DNA of 64,000 nt from positions 14,262,001-14,326,000 of the forward strand of contig CM119371.1 of NCBI GenBank assembly GCA_051294905.1. The letters are read 5' to 3'. A model generated the notes under the pieces. The model did no database searches and was not told the origin of the DNA. It saw only the letters and a program-made list of their open reading frames with translations. Shown here piece after piece: positions 14,195-26,998 of this stretch. Position 1 is the stretch's first letter. Each line of letters begins with the position of its first letter. Position numbers and translations under genes: made by a program. Source of the DNA: Botryllus schlosseri (taxonomy: Eukaryota).

Positions 14195-14935
14195 GTATGA
14201 AGAACATATCGTTGTCTACCGTAAAAAAAAAACTGTAGCAGGCGTATACAGGATCCATACTTATGTGATATGTTTATCGTATCATAAAAAACAAATCCGT
14301 GTGATTAGGTGTTGGCTACTATATAACTTGTTTATGGGGTAATATCGGTAGCAGGTATAGAAACCCGTTTTGCACTCTGCTCAATGTCAATGTAGCAATA
14401 GTCAGACGCCCAATACATTGTCCGGTCTGACCTAGAACACTAAGGCTTAAGGTTATATTCCCTTACAAGCAGTACTCGTCGAAATTCTCGACAAGGCGAC
14501 GGAAGATATAGATATTATTGGGTTATTATATCATTTGATTGCTCCAGTTGATACATTTGATGCCGTTTTAAAAAGTCATCATGCACTTAAGCATTGTGGC
14601 ATAATGTGGCCTGAGTCGTAGCTATAGGTATCGTGTACAATACATTGGATTAAAATATCACTTCACTGAAATGTATAGGGTGAAAATCAGTAATATGACG
14701 TCATAGGTTCACGTTCGCGCTCACACAAAACCTTTGACAAAGGTTCGCGTTCACACGAACCAGAACATTTCAGCGGCTCGCACCATCCCCAGAAAATATA
14801 CAGTAATTCGAAGATTGGCTGTTTGGCTGTTTGAATAAATAAGCACTCACGGGGCTTGTACGACAAATTAAGTTATCGTAACCACGGCACTCCATTATTA
14901 CATGAATCTTCGTCGAGTATCTGCATGATGCATGT

Positions 14936-15448
14936 GGGTGGCATTTAAAACAAACAAGTTTAAAACATGGCCCTTGTTCATAACATGTTTTTACGGTTTT
15001 TAGTTTTAATACTTAATCGTGGCGTCGCAACGGATTGAAATTGGCAATTGAAAATTTATGGTAAATACGGCTCCTTCGACAAAAAAGGTTTCCGACTACT
15101 GTCATACTAAGACCATAAATATTTGTAACCGGTGTACTACATCGTTATGCAGCAATTCTACGGTCGACGATCATTATCATAAGAACACCCATTCCGCGTA
15201 CCGGTGAATCGACGACGATTTCGTTGGTTCCAGCCAATCAGCATCGTATAAATGTCGACTATATTGGGTGCAAATCATCCGGAGGCTCATACTGCATGTT
15301 TTTTTCGAAAGTATTTACACAATTATGGCATAAATATACAGCGTTCGAAAAAAGAAACGATTTTTTTAAAAAGCATTTTTTAAAACAATGCTTGAAACGG
15401 GTTTTAACCAAAGTGTTTTAAAACACTATTTGTTCTGAATACGACCCT
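14936..15448 (+). mobile_element. MITE-like dispersed repeat, paralogue at ~19310-19847
   Basis: Both share GCATTTAAAACAAA, GGTAAATACGGCTCCTTCGAC and AAAGTGTTTTAAAACAC, with imperfect inverted termini. Confidence 0.75.
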
Positions 15449-16824
15449 AGATGCATGTATATAATAGCATTAAGATTTTCTGAAGGTGTTTAAGACGCAT
15501 GCATTCTCGAATCTTTGCGAATGTGATGTGTTCAGCTAATATTAGTCGAGCAGCGAGCAGTCATAATGTGTAATTTGGCGCAGATAATTTTAGTCTAAAC
15601 TGTCGGATACTTGGTAAGTTCCTTTTTTCAAACGCCCTTACCCCCACTTACAATATCGGACAGAGGATGAACTTGTGGCCGGTAGCCACTGTTTGTGAAT
15701 ATGCCTATTGCCTACGCATGTAATGACGTTCAACCAACTATATACCGCGTCATTATCCTTCAAGTAAGTGGCATTAGTGGATCGATGTTCTGTGATTCGT
15801 ACTAATATGGCTATTAGGAAATCATCTCAGCAAAATTTAAAGCGGATTAAAAGAGGTTCCATGTAGCACATGAGTTGTAGTCAAATGTATCTCACCAACT
15901 TGTTATTAGATTGATAACAAAATGCGTAACTGGCAATGGTTAAGTGAGAGTGGTTAAACCCACTTTAACAACCGCCAATGATTTTTCCAAAGGCTATTGA
16001 CCTTCGTAGACAGATTGACATGTTTCCTGGCAGCTTGAAGCCGGGAAAAGAGTTCACGACATTTTCCTGGTCCGGTAATGACTTAACAATTGTCGTCAAG
16101 ACTTGTGCAAAACGTAATTTGATCGCTGAAGCTGTATGTAGCCTACACCTCGAATTCAAATTTGAATTTAACGCTTCCGTGAAACTATATTCCAAACCAA
16201 GCAGTGGTCCAACATAACGATCCAATCGCTTTCAACCCATTTCACGAGGAAGAAGAATCCATATGTCACATTACTGGGAAATTGTTACGACATTTATCTC
16301 TATGATTGAATCCCGATATCATACCAGACCTCAGACAGCGAATGTTGAGATTCGGGTTTACCCAAGTATACATGTTTCAACGATTATTGCTGAAGTCTAG
16401 TAGGTAATAAGTTTCCGACCAGTACAGTGGTATAGCGTTGAGGTAATTTGGCAAGCCCGTTTCTCCAACCAAGTGTCGAAATTGGTTCAAAATCGCAAAA
16501 TACATTGGTTCTTAGTATTACATCATAATTATAATCATCCCAATACAATGAAACATTAGTCACCAAATTCGATTCAAACAGAAATATGTAGCAAACGTCA
16601 ATCTGACTTACAAGTTCATTGATCAATAAGAATAATGCTACTTAAGGCGGTAGTCATTCTTCTATCCGCGCTACAAAAACCACGAAACGGCTTAAAAGAA
16701 TTATGACCACTTGCTATAATGCCATAGTATTCCCATTTGTCATGCTTTAGCCTAGTTGAGCTCCAAAGCGTAATACTATACGGCAAATTGACAAATATTG
16801 TGTCCAGAACACTTTGGTAATTGC

Positions 16825-18714
16825 CAGTGGCGGCTCGTGACAATATCGGGTGGTGGGGCAAGGGCTGCAAGCGACTTTTATCAAGATGACGTCACAATGG
16901 CGTTTTCCAACGTAAACAAGTAACTTAATGATGGTACGGTAACATGAATTTCCCGGCAACAGTGATTTTAACGTATGTGCCACGAGAGGTCCGCTGGTGA
17001 GCTGTGACTTGAAGTGTGGTAACTGCGTAAACTGCGTACGGAACAAAGATTCAACACGGTTCATGTTCGCATTAGACCTGACTAATTATCTGCAGAAATG
17101 GAAATGACTATAACTCGAGAGATAGCGTAAGCCTAATTGGAAAGGTCAACGAATTCGGACAGATACGCAATTGTTATCTCATAGATTGGGCCTGTCCTAT
17201 TGAATCCAAAACATCATTGTAAAGGACTAAGAATAGCAGCCTCGGAAATTTGGTCTCGGTACAGCATAAGAGATTTTGGCCTTGAAACTGGAGACTGTAA
17301 CACGACACATACGTTTTTATTACTGTCTTATAGGTCTGCTGCGAAATCACCTTTGAAAAATATATCACCGAATAAATACGTGGATGAAAGCCTTAAACTT
17401 GGTACACTGTTACATGACATTATCGAGAAGTGACCTCATGGCCCTTTTCGGTATGGTACACTGTCAAAATTAATGCGAACAGACCAACACCGAATTTTGC
17501 GTAAAATTTACTGAGGAATAGGCTGATCAAGTGACGAGGGGTTGTACGCAAATGGCTTGAAGGCCACAATTTCACGGTGAATTTGACATTGGAGAATATA
17601 CGATCAAAGTAAATATTTGAATGCAAACTGAGAATGATATCATCATCTCACTTAACGTTACCGCAGATACACCGGCTTTTGCGTGAAATCCGCAATGTGT
17701 TGTAGGCTAAAGTGTCAGATCGGAGCACATCTTTACCATACTCGACCTTGATAACGAAATTACTGCCCTAATCATTGAGTGTCAACCTTGAGACTTGGCA
17801 CAGCGTTCGATACTAAAATCAAGACATACCGTGCAAACGCTTATGACGGATCTAGGTAAGGAGCATCGTTAAAATCAATAGAGACCAATACCGGCTTTGC
17901 GTATAATCTGTTAGCGATAAATGACGAGTCAGCTCTCACTCGAATTAGGAAACGAAATTACCACTAACACAGTTCAGTGACAAACTTAAAACTTGGTACA
18001 GCGTTCGATACTAACATTAAGACTTACCGTGTCAAATGTCATAACCGATCTCAGTATTGAACACCGTCAAAACCAATGGATACCAATACCGGCTTTTGAG
18101 TAAAATCTGTTTGCGATACATGACGGATCAGCACACACTCAACTTCGGAAACGGAATTACTACCCTAAACTTTAAGTAGAAACCCTGAAACTTGGGGCAG
18201 TGTTAAAAACCACCATCACGACATGACATAACAAGTTTCAAGAGTTTTCATGGTGTGAAACCCCATTAAAATCGACCTATACCAACAAAGGTCGACTAAA
18301 CGCATATGACGGTAACAGAGTTTAGCTATAGATACGATTGTTACATCACACCTTAAGGGCACAGAGCTATCGTGCCCCGGTTGCTCGGTAATTTTATGAA
18401 TAGGAGAGAGTAAATCACCGTTTCTTTATTGTGCGCGGTTTCGAGAGAATAGACAGTGAAAGCTTGTTATGAGCGCTACCGGGGCAAGCCCCGGCTAGGC
18501 ATTCGCAAAGCGAAAACACAGAAGAGAATTCGATTTTCGCATAGACTTCGCTATATATGGGCATTTACAAGCGAAAGGACAAGAAGTATACGATTTTCGC
18601 TGTGATTTCGGTTTATATAGATAGGTGTGCGTCTATAAATGGTAAAGAATTGTTATTGAACAGAATTTTAGGTGGGGCAATGCCCCAGTTGCCCTATAGG
18701 ACGAGCCGCCACTG
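16825..18714. mobile_element. non-autonomous hAT element, 1890 bp, young
   Basis: TIR CAGTGGCGGCTCGT, 8-bp TSD GTAATTGC, internal ~198-bp diverged subrepeats. Near-identical to 34367-36058. Confidence 0.95.
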
Positions 18715-21700
18715 GTAATTGCACAGTTGCACACTGTAGCCTATGGTGCATGCATCCTGTAGTGCACGGTATAAATAATTATAATTATGATAACTGAATT
18801 ACAGAACCCCTGTATCTCCGTAACAGTATATGTATTCCAGTGATTCTCAAACTGGGTGTCCAGATTGTCAGGTGTGTCGGGAATCTTTTAGCAACGCGAT
18901 TAAAAATTGTGCACGAGGGAGACTGCTTGGAGTGCGCGTATGCTGGCTATAGGGACAAGAACACTAAAAGGTCCTCCGAAGGTGCCCAAATGTCTGAAAA
19001 TGACTAAAATATGGGTCAACCCAGCGCCAAGTAGACGTGGACACTGTTTTATGTTGCATCGAATCGGGAAAATTACCTTTTTTTAGTCAACCCACCACTC
19101 TACACTTTCCGTAATAATTTCCCTTTAATATGTCTGTTACTTTTGTGTAAGTGTGACGCGATGGTTTAATAATTTTTCAAGAGCACCACAATTCATCAAA
19201 GTTTGGGAACTACTGATCTACTTGATTATATTGCAAAAACAAAAGTGTCATTGTTATTTTACGGTAGTCGTGAAGATACACCCTGCAATTTCGAGAGAGG
19301 CCACCTCCAATTGCATTTAAAACAAAAATCAATTAACAAAAAATTAAAACATCTTTTTATTTTTTTATTTTCTAACCATTACGTCACGAGTCCTGAACTG
19401 CGACGTCACAATGGATTGACATTGCCAATTGAAAATATAGGGTAAATACGGCTCCTTCGACGTAAAGGGCTTCCGACCACTGTCATAAACAGATCAAAAA
19501 TATATTTAACCGGGACTACATCATTATGCAGCATTTTACTGTGGGCGGTCATCATCATCAGAACACCCATACGTACGCAAAAATCTATATCTACTTGCCA
19601 CATTTGTTGAACCGTCGACGATTTTTAGGGCTGCAGCCACTCCACACCGTATACGTCGACTATATCAGTTGCAAATCGTCCTTAGGCTCATACTACCTTC
19701 GTTTTTGTACAAGATTTACACAACTATGCATTAATTATACGTTTGGAAAAAAGTCACAATATTTTTAAAAGGCATTTGTTTAAAATACTGTTTAAAATCT
19801 GTTTTAAACAAAGTGTTTTAAAACACCGTTTGTTTCAAATGCAACCGTATATTATCTGCTAAACCACCGATCCATCAAATCTACCTTTTAAATCTATTTA
19901 CTTGAGTAGGTTTTAGGTAGTCATTTCCCACATCTACTCTACTTGAACTCGCGATGATGCGCGTCTAAATTTTGAAAGTATAGCAACCACTTATAAACAA
20001 CCAAAAGTATTGCAACCCACGACCATATCGACTTTTAAAAACTACTTACTCAAAGTGCTTTTCAGACTTTTCACATTATGTTCACCCTTGAAGTAGTTTC
20101 GGCACGTAATTTTTAACTTCTACTTGAGTTTATACTACTTTGTCCATCTCTGTGAATATCATTACTACACATCACACACAGACGTAATGACGGATCTTCC
20201 CGTCACCAGGGCCGCAACACAGATATGTAATCTGTCAACATGTCGCTAATCCCTGCGCGCTATTTACATCGCTTTGGCGGTCTTAAAATCGCATCAACTT
20301 GAGTTATAACTGCGCCCACGCCACGCGGTTGAGCTTTGACGTCAAGATTGGTGACGAGGACACGAAGACCCACGGGAATCGTTTCCTGTTTGCCTGCAAA
20401 TTCTGTGGCGTATCTGCTTATCATCGTTGGTTACAGGTATAGTAGATTTATTATTCCGTGATGAACTCCGTGTCGTTTCCTTTCACGGCAAATATCCTTC
20501 ATAACATCCTCTTTGTTTTGTACGTAAGCAGACGTATGTATGCGTATCGCACACGTGGATAGACTTAGTGGTATCATGACCGTCTTTGCAAAACACCGAA
20601 ACCAATTCATGAACATAAGTTTTAATGTCAGTTCTGGTGAAAATATTGGATTATGACGAGAAAAAAGGTTTTACGCAATTGATTCACTAGCCTGCGCAAC
20701 TCAACATACACAATTACACATTGCGATTGCAAAGTGAAAGGTAAAACAACACACGCTTCAAACACTTCGACAGCAAATGCTGGAAAGTAGAACAAGTTCC
20801 AGTAGATTCACAGTGTCCGGACTATAACAGTCAGTCCAAAATCAGTCACACGCGGCAATGGCTTTTGCGAATAGCTGCAGCACAAGAGTCCTTGTCGTCC
20901 AATTACCATATGAGCGCAACTTATGACGGGTCACGACTGTCCGACAGTATTTCGCGGGAAAACCGACGGTCGCCGAGCAAGTCCATGTCAAATTCATGAT
21001 ATAATACAAGCAGATTTTACGTAGTGAATACTAGCCCGTGCTAGATGTTGCCGGACCATGAGATGGCACGGCGATTTCGTCTGTCGACGCATGTCTCTCC
21101 ATTTTCAAAAGTCGTCCATTTTACATTATCTTCTGTTACTTTTCATTGTGTGTGGTGTGCACGCCGCATATTTACATGTTCGTTTATTATGATCTGTAGG
21201 CCAAGCCGAGGGTCGCAATGAAAGACTTACCAAGTCGGTTCAACACCTTCCTATCCGTTCATTATATCGCACTCTTGCGGTGTTTAGAACTGATGGGAAT
21301 ATCAGTAAATGATGATGATGGTGATGACATGGTTCGGAGGTAACTTTTCCTATAGAACCATAATTGAATCGCCTCTAAGCAGACTCACACGATTCAAAAC
21401 TTTCGGGAGACTCAAGGGAAATGAAAACATAGACACTGTGAATCACGCTTTAGCAAAGTCCTATGGGAATAGAGTTGTCATGAACGATTGCCACCTACAA
21501 TTTGCGACGGTGAGATGATAGCGATTCGGCACTAGCAATAGCGATCGCTGCAAGCATGCAATATCGCGTTTTACTTAACCTTTCGCTTACATAACCGTAA
21601 TTGCAAGGGGGATTAGCGCCCCACGGACATAAAGAAGGCTACAAAATGCAATCCATCAAACTCTCGATCATAACACACCCGCGCATGTTATGAGGTATAG

Positions 21701-22403
21701 TAACGAGACATCATATTCTGACATGATGATTTCGCCTGTACGTTGTACAAATGTACAAGCATCACATGACTATTCATTTTAATTGCTAGACGTATACGAT
21801 AATTTCCAATTTAGTCTGTGTGCGTTTTTTAACATGAGTATTATTACTTTTAATCAGCCATTAAGATATAGGGTGTTCCTCTTATTGATAATGAGTATTT
21901 ATTTCTATATCTAGGCGGTGGGTCAACATTACAAACTACGTATGGACTGTGTCGTGGGGACAAATTCGGTCATTAGGATGTCAGTTTGATTAATTGTCTA
22001 CACCAAGTTGTGTCAATTACATACGATTATTTTATTGCTTAGCAATCCGCTGTAGCTGTGAACGGAAGCAAGCAAGCAAGCAATGTTCGCTGCAAAAAGT
22101 GTGTATGTGGAGACTACTATGGCACAGTACATATTGCACACGGGACGCATCAGGGCGAACCCATCAGGGTCGCGATTTTTGGTGAGTCGACTTGATTCGA
22201 GTCAGTTTTTCAAATGCGTAAAAATGACTCGACTTGAGTCAATTCTTGTATTGACTCGTCTTGTTCTCGAGTCATTGTGCATGACTCGAACCAAGTCATA
22301 TGATCTGAGACTAGGACGGTCAAGACAGACGTTTCATTTTACTCGATTTAAACTTCGAGTACTGGAACATAAATGCGTGACCATATGGTCAACTCCTAAG
22401 TAC

Positions 22404-22586
22404 CTCATTCCTGGCTTCTCTCTCCTTCTGCTCCCAGTGCAGGTCGTTTCGAATCGTCTGGAAATTGTTGACCATAATCCCGGCAAAGATATTCTTGAAC
22501 ACGAACGACCCGATCCATATCCAGGCCAAGATGTAGACCACAGTCAACGTGGATTCGTAAGGGTCTGTCATTACTTTTAGGAGGTC
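22404..22586 (-). CDS. CATSPER2: CatSper2 exon 8, S6 and coiled coil (DLLKVMTD...WIWIGSFVFKNIFAGIMVNNFQTIRNDL...ARNE)
   Basis: Acceptor TCACAG|, donor GAG|GTACTT. Resembles CatSper2 WLLLGSIIFRSIIVAMMVTNFQNIR. Confidence 0.95.
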
Positions 22587-22823
22587 CTGTGAAGTTAAAC
22601 AAGCGAACATGTTGCTGTGGGAAGCAACGGCTAAATCGTGACTGGTATTCCGATTTGTAAGATTAGGAATGTCCCCAAATTTTGCCGCACTGTAGACGTC
22701 AGAGATGGTCAATAGCTATTACGTATACTTTTGGTGTACTCAATGTTAGTTTTGCCTATGTTCACCATTTACACTAGTGTATATTTGAAGACCTTCTTGA
22801 AGGTACTGAACTTCAGTATATAA

Positions 22824-23023
22824 TTGAATAGCATATTCTTATTGAAATGAACCCGAATATTTTCGGCTGACACTCGTCAGGGGTTCTCATCAGCAACAAT
22901 GGTAGAGAATTGGATGTTGAAATACAATGTTCTTTCAAATTCTCTACTAGTTGCTGACGATTACCCCTGATGAGTGTCAGTCAAAAGCATTGGGGCTCAT
23001 TTTCTAATTAATATACTATTCAA
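22824..23023. repeat. about 200-bp imperfect palindrome, probable Penelope-like pLTR remnant
   Basis: Arms TTGAATAG...GTAGAGAATT and AATTCTCTAC...CTATTCAA are reverse complements. Each arm has a hammerhead-like core; the right one is degenerate. Confidence 0.75.
22849..22886 (-). ncRNA. minimal type I hammerhead ribozyme motif (Penelope-like element type)
   Basis: GAACCC-CUGACGA-G(UGUCAGC)C-GAAA-AUAU-UC-GGGUUC: complete core, perfect 6-bp stem I, palindromic minimal stem III. Confidence 0.7.
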
Positions 23024-24698
23024 GTACCAGTGTTGGGATGATTCGACTTTTTCGTATGACTTGATTTGACTTGAGTTACTTTGCAAAAATAACGTGACTC
23101 GACTCGGCGCCAAAGGGGGCGACTGGGGTCGGAAATGCCATAACGTGCAGTAAGATACATTTATTAAACACGACCAAAATATACACGTGAAGACTGCTTA
23201 TTCTGCATATGTCGCGAAAAAAAGGTCAACTCAAGGGAAAGTAAACGCGGAAACCGGTTTTCCGAGCACCTTCTCGAAAAATGACCCTCTCTTAGTTCAA
23301 TTCACGAGCGATCAGAGTTGAGTGAATATATCTCCCGTTTATATGTCCTCTTTGTCGGATCCGTAAATTTGTGGGGCGAAATGTTGTGTCGAGAGCTTGA
23401 TAAAGGGGCAGTAATAAGAAAAAGGTTGGCAGCGATTGCTCTAACTGAATATATTTTGTTTTGTCACCCCTCTTTTTGCGTTGGTCGCGCGGATGCACCG
23501 TGAGATTTCGAAAGTAAACACTACCTATTAACTGTAGTAATAATATTTTAAAAGACAGTAGCTATATTTGTCGCGCAGTTAAACATTAGTCATTTCCATT
23601 CGCGAATATGCATCTTGCGCTTTCGGATGAAGCCACCATCGATTAAGTGCCAAAAGTATACCAAATGCACATTTTACCTCCTTACTTGAGACTACTCTCG
23701 ATATTTCAAGATGTATATTCGCAACTAACATCAAATGTCTAATGAGATCGTATATATCTTCAGTTACCGTGATATGGGGGCTATTTCAATCAAACGCCAA
23801 TTTCCATCACAAAAGTGATGCAAACTTTCTAATACTCAGATAATAAAAATAAGCCACTTGACCAAAAACCTGTTCCAGTGCAAGCGGAAGTAGTCTAGAA
23901 TCTCATAACCATTTTACTATTAGTGCAATATCGGGAAAACCTTCTTGAGTGCTCCGATAAAGTACAAATAGGCGTACTTCGTTACTGACCGCCTCTGTAA
24001 ACGTCCCATCTCATGTATTAGTAGTATTGCCGTCATACTATACTCTCTGCATAAATGTTTCCAAAACTTTTTCAGCTTGTGGCACACTAGAAAAATAATG
24101 AAACGTTTGCAGCACACTTACAGGAAAGTTGCTAAAAAAGTCTATTCACGTGGTATCGCGATTACCATACTCGTTTATGCGAACATATGTTTACCTGAAA
24201 TGAAGTTTCATTGTTAGCAAACATATCCGCATTTCGTATTATTCCAAGCAGTGTCTCTCGGTTATAGCTTTTAATTTTAATCAAAAAGTAAAAAACATGT
24301 TCACATACCCATTAACTATACCCACCAGTATTCAATTACACCAAATATCGAGTGAGAAGTGTTGATGCAGTGTAAGTTCAAGTCCTGACAATGCGTTCGT
24401 GATTTGAAGCACAATTTCTTGTTTACGAGTTGATTTGAAACAAATCAATGAATGTTTCAGGGACAAGCAGCCCTATACATTATATATATTCTACATACAT
24501 TATATACTCTACTCATCGGCGAGGCCATTAAGTTATAGACCGCTTTTAAGTAGGATATCTCTGTCGGCATGCCTTATCTTCCCTATTATACCGTCCTTTT
24601 CCAAAATTCCAGAAAGACTCGCGGCAAATCCGAGAATCGGTACCGCCACTGCCGCGGCACACAGTTTGGGAATTACTGCTCCCCACGTTCATACCCAC

Positions 24699-24828
24699 CA
24701 TCAACGTTTCCAGCCAGTGATCCAAGGTCATGAGCTGGAACAATGTTGCGAAAGCCCACATTGTATCTGAGAACGCTGTCTGATAAACCAGATCAATGCC
24801 GGCTGCTCGACTGTCGAAGTTGGTGTAC
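24699..24828 (-). CDS. CATSPER2: CatSper2 exon 7, pore (YTNFD...AFSDTMWAFATLFQLMTLDHWLETLM)
   Basis: Acceptor TTACAG|G in phase 2, donor ATG|GTGGGT. TLDHW selectivity filter as in CatSper2. Confidence 0.95.
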
Positions 24829-26007
24829 CTGTAAACGGAGGTGGTCAGTAACGAAGAACTTGTATACTTCTTCGCATTACTAAAGTAGGTTTTGCTAATT
24901 TTCACGAGTCACGAGCCACACGAGTTACGAGTCAGGTGGTTATGATTTTAGACTTCTTCCACTTAACATTGTTCAGTTATGTATAGGTGAGCCTCTACGG
25001 TTATAATACGTAGATTTTCACTTGCTTCAGTCACATGTAGCTTACTTGAGTAGAAATTTACGACATTATAATGCCGCCAAAGAGGCCTTACCATTCATAC
25101 AGTAATATGTCAAAATAAGATTGGAATCTATTACGATTGCACTTAAACATTGGTTTCGCAAGTGTGTTGCTAGTAAATCGGCTTGAGTTCAAGGCTTACG
25201 GCCTCGTTAATAAATATATCAGCTCACCACAGCTTTGTATCTTGCATGCTCATCAGTAAACTGTTTTGCATGGCATAATCATCGCACGGCGTTGTCGGAA
25301 TACTAGTTACTCACAATTACCAATTATTTACTGACCAATCAGATAGTTGCGATACGGTTATGCCACAATTCTTGACATGGTAGCTATTAAATTTAGAAGC
25401 ATGTGAATTGCAAGTCGGTAATCAGTAACTGCCGACTATACAGTTATCTGGGACATTTCTGTATACAGTAAATACACGTTGACTCACCATCATGAACTGC
25501 GATAACATGCGATAGATCGACTTGCCTTGCGTGACTCAAACCAAGTTTCACGGTCAGTCAGCTTCTGAGCTAGAAATCATTCGATAGTACCGACCCTTTG
25601 CCTTATGTTGATATACGACTGCATAATGTACTCGAGTTGATAACAGGTATTTGCGCGTGAATCATCTCAGACAATCGTAAATATCATTGCCTTTTCTTTA
25701 TGTAATCGCAGTTCGAATTCTGATAGTGTTTTTGTTGGTAGTTTTGTTGGCGTCTCCTACAATGGTTAATAGTCTGGTCATTTTACATCAGGCCGACATT
25801 ATTTTATAATTATTAATATTTCTGATTATGTTGTCTTCAAATACGTATCAGGCTCAAACAATATATATGTAAGCGACAGTCTGTCGTGAAGTGGCCTTGT
25901 GAGGTGGTAATGATCGATCGTAAAACAAAAAATCAAACTATCTGAACAACAACATTACTTGCTGGAGATTTATGTTATGAGTCGGTGCAAAAAAAGTTCA
26001 GATAGAC

Positions 26008-26141
26008 CTGTCGAATAGCACTCCTCCCATTAAAGCGAAGATGTACATAAACAGACCCAGCAGCAACAGAATGAACGACATCGCGCTGAAGGCTTTCGTA
26101 ACCGCCATGAGGATGATTCGAGCTTGTTCGAAACGAGACAC
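26008..26141 (-). CDS. CATSPER2: CatSper2 exon 6, S4-S5 linker and S5 (VSRFEQARIILMAVTKAFSAMSFILLLLGLFMYIFALMGGVLFD-R)
   Basis: Acceptor CGCAAG|, donor AG|GTCTAT in phase 2, matching the next exon. YIFA S5 motif. Confidence 0.92.
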
Positions 26142-26206
26142 CTTGCGGATATAATTGAAGAGAACATGAACGTAAGTCAGCGGCGCACGGCATTATGCGA
26201 AATCAC

Positions 26207-26302
26207 CATTTTCAACAGTCTTGTTATTCGAAGCACCCGTAAAAATCCCAGTGCGGTTACGAAGACGCTTCCTCCCAGATCGCTTCCGAATAACTTCATG
26301 AT
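26207..26302 (-). CDS. CATSPER2: CatSper2 exon 5, S4 (IMKLFGSDLGGSVFVTALGFLRVLRITRLLKM)
   Basis: Acceptor TTTCAG|, donor ATG|GTGATT. RxxRxxRxxK S4 pattern, followed by a 65-bp intron. Confidence 0.92.
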
Positions 26303-26925
26303 CTGAAACGCGATTTGAAATGTGACATTCCTCTATTCACATACATTGATATTTACCTTACTGAATTGTCAAAATTTCAAGACATGCTAATAGACAAAAC
26401 CTTTATTTGTCATCGGTGATAATAATATACATAACAAAATAGAATTGGGTGAAATATGATATACAGATATACAGACAAGTAAGGCGCGATATAACCGACG
26501 ACACCAAGCTGAGCATCATCGATTTATCAAGTAAGCCGGACCTAAAGTGTAAGACAGCATCTTGTCGACTATCCGACAGTCGAGAAGCATGGCCACATTC
26601 AAGTCGAAATACAAGCGATTTCTACTGAATGATTACTGGTAAGGCCTAAAGATTACCCGACCTCGACCTTGACCTGAGATATCAAACTCGCCTATCGACG
26701 CATGTGTTGTTAATTTCTATCACTAGTCGTTTTATGTCAACCTATATTTCTTTACGTCCAGTGTGCATAACTGCATATGCCTCTTATTTAAATCGCCTAA
26801 GCCCTGGTGGGGCCAGATTTCAAAGAATACTCCTAGTAGTTTTGACACCTTTTTTAAATGGTATCGCAGTCTTGAGGGTTTTGAAAGCGAACATCTACGG
26901 CTAAGTTAAGAAGCAAATGAAAAGA

Positions 26926-26998
26926 TGATCCCGAAGGGACTCGAACCCCCAATCTTCTGATTCGAAGTCAGACACCTTATCCATTAGGCCACGAGACC
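26926..26998 (-). tRNA. tRNA-Arg (anticodon TCG) in CatSper2 intron 4
   Basis: GGTCTCGTGGCCTAATGGATAAGGTGTCTGACTTCGAATCAGAAGATTGGGGGTTCGAGTCCCTTCGGGATCA folds as a 73-nt cloverleaf with A and B boxes; TTTT lies immediately downstream. Confidence 0.92.

Larger units (their letters stand above)
5679..21350 (-). pseudogene. decayed polycystin-1/REJ-family (PKD1-like) gene nested in CatSper2 intron 8
   Basis: Long stop- and frameshift-broken frames with motifs in PKD1 order. WSC-like: RGCYEG (~20500). REJ-like: CLGYGDYNYQISVSY (~10324-10368), VTLSSSENT*RD..LNFAIDC (~10138-10225), LKTGRKRR (~9320), IAYGGNY..VKCTNSYGD (~9070-9155), LPPFG (~9030). GPS-like: CYVYTEPRRNWETEC..VACCSRNLNLF (~6150-6277). 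PLAT-like: LQILIES..ISFGFEGMS (~5717-5812). Boundaries are approximate. Confidence 0.55.

Noticed and set aside
16747..17626. ORFs repeated almost identically at 34289-35168, suggesting conserved genes
   Set aside because: They lie inside two near-identical TE copies, so the identity reflects recent transposition.
12000..21300. Antisense fibrinogen-like (v-Themis-type) partner inside the PKD1-like fossil
   Set aside because: I saw no fibrinogen motifs (GGWTVIQRR, GEFWLG, GGWW) by eye, so a Themis pair is unsupported.
22083..22580. 165-aa plus-strand ORF
   Set aside because: It is a composite of a GACTCG-rich MITE end and the antisense of CatSper2 exon 8.
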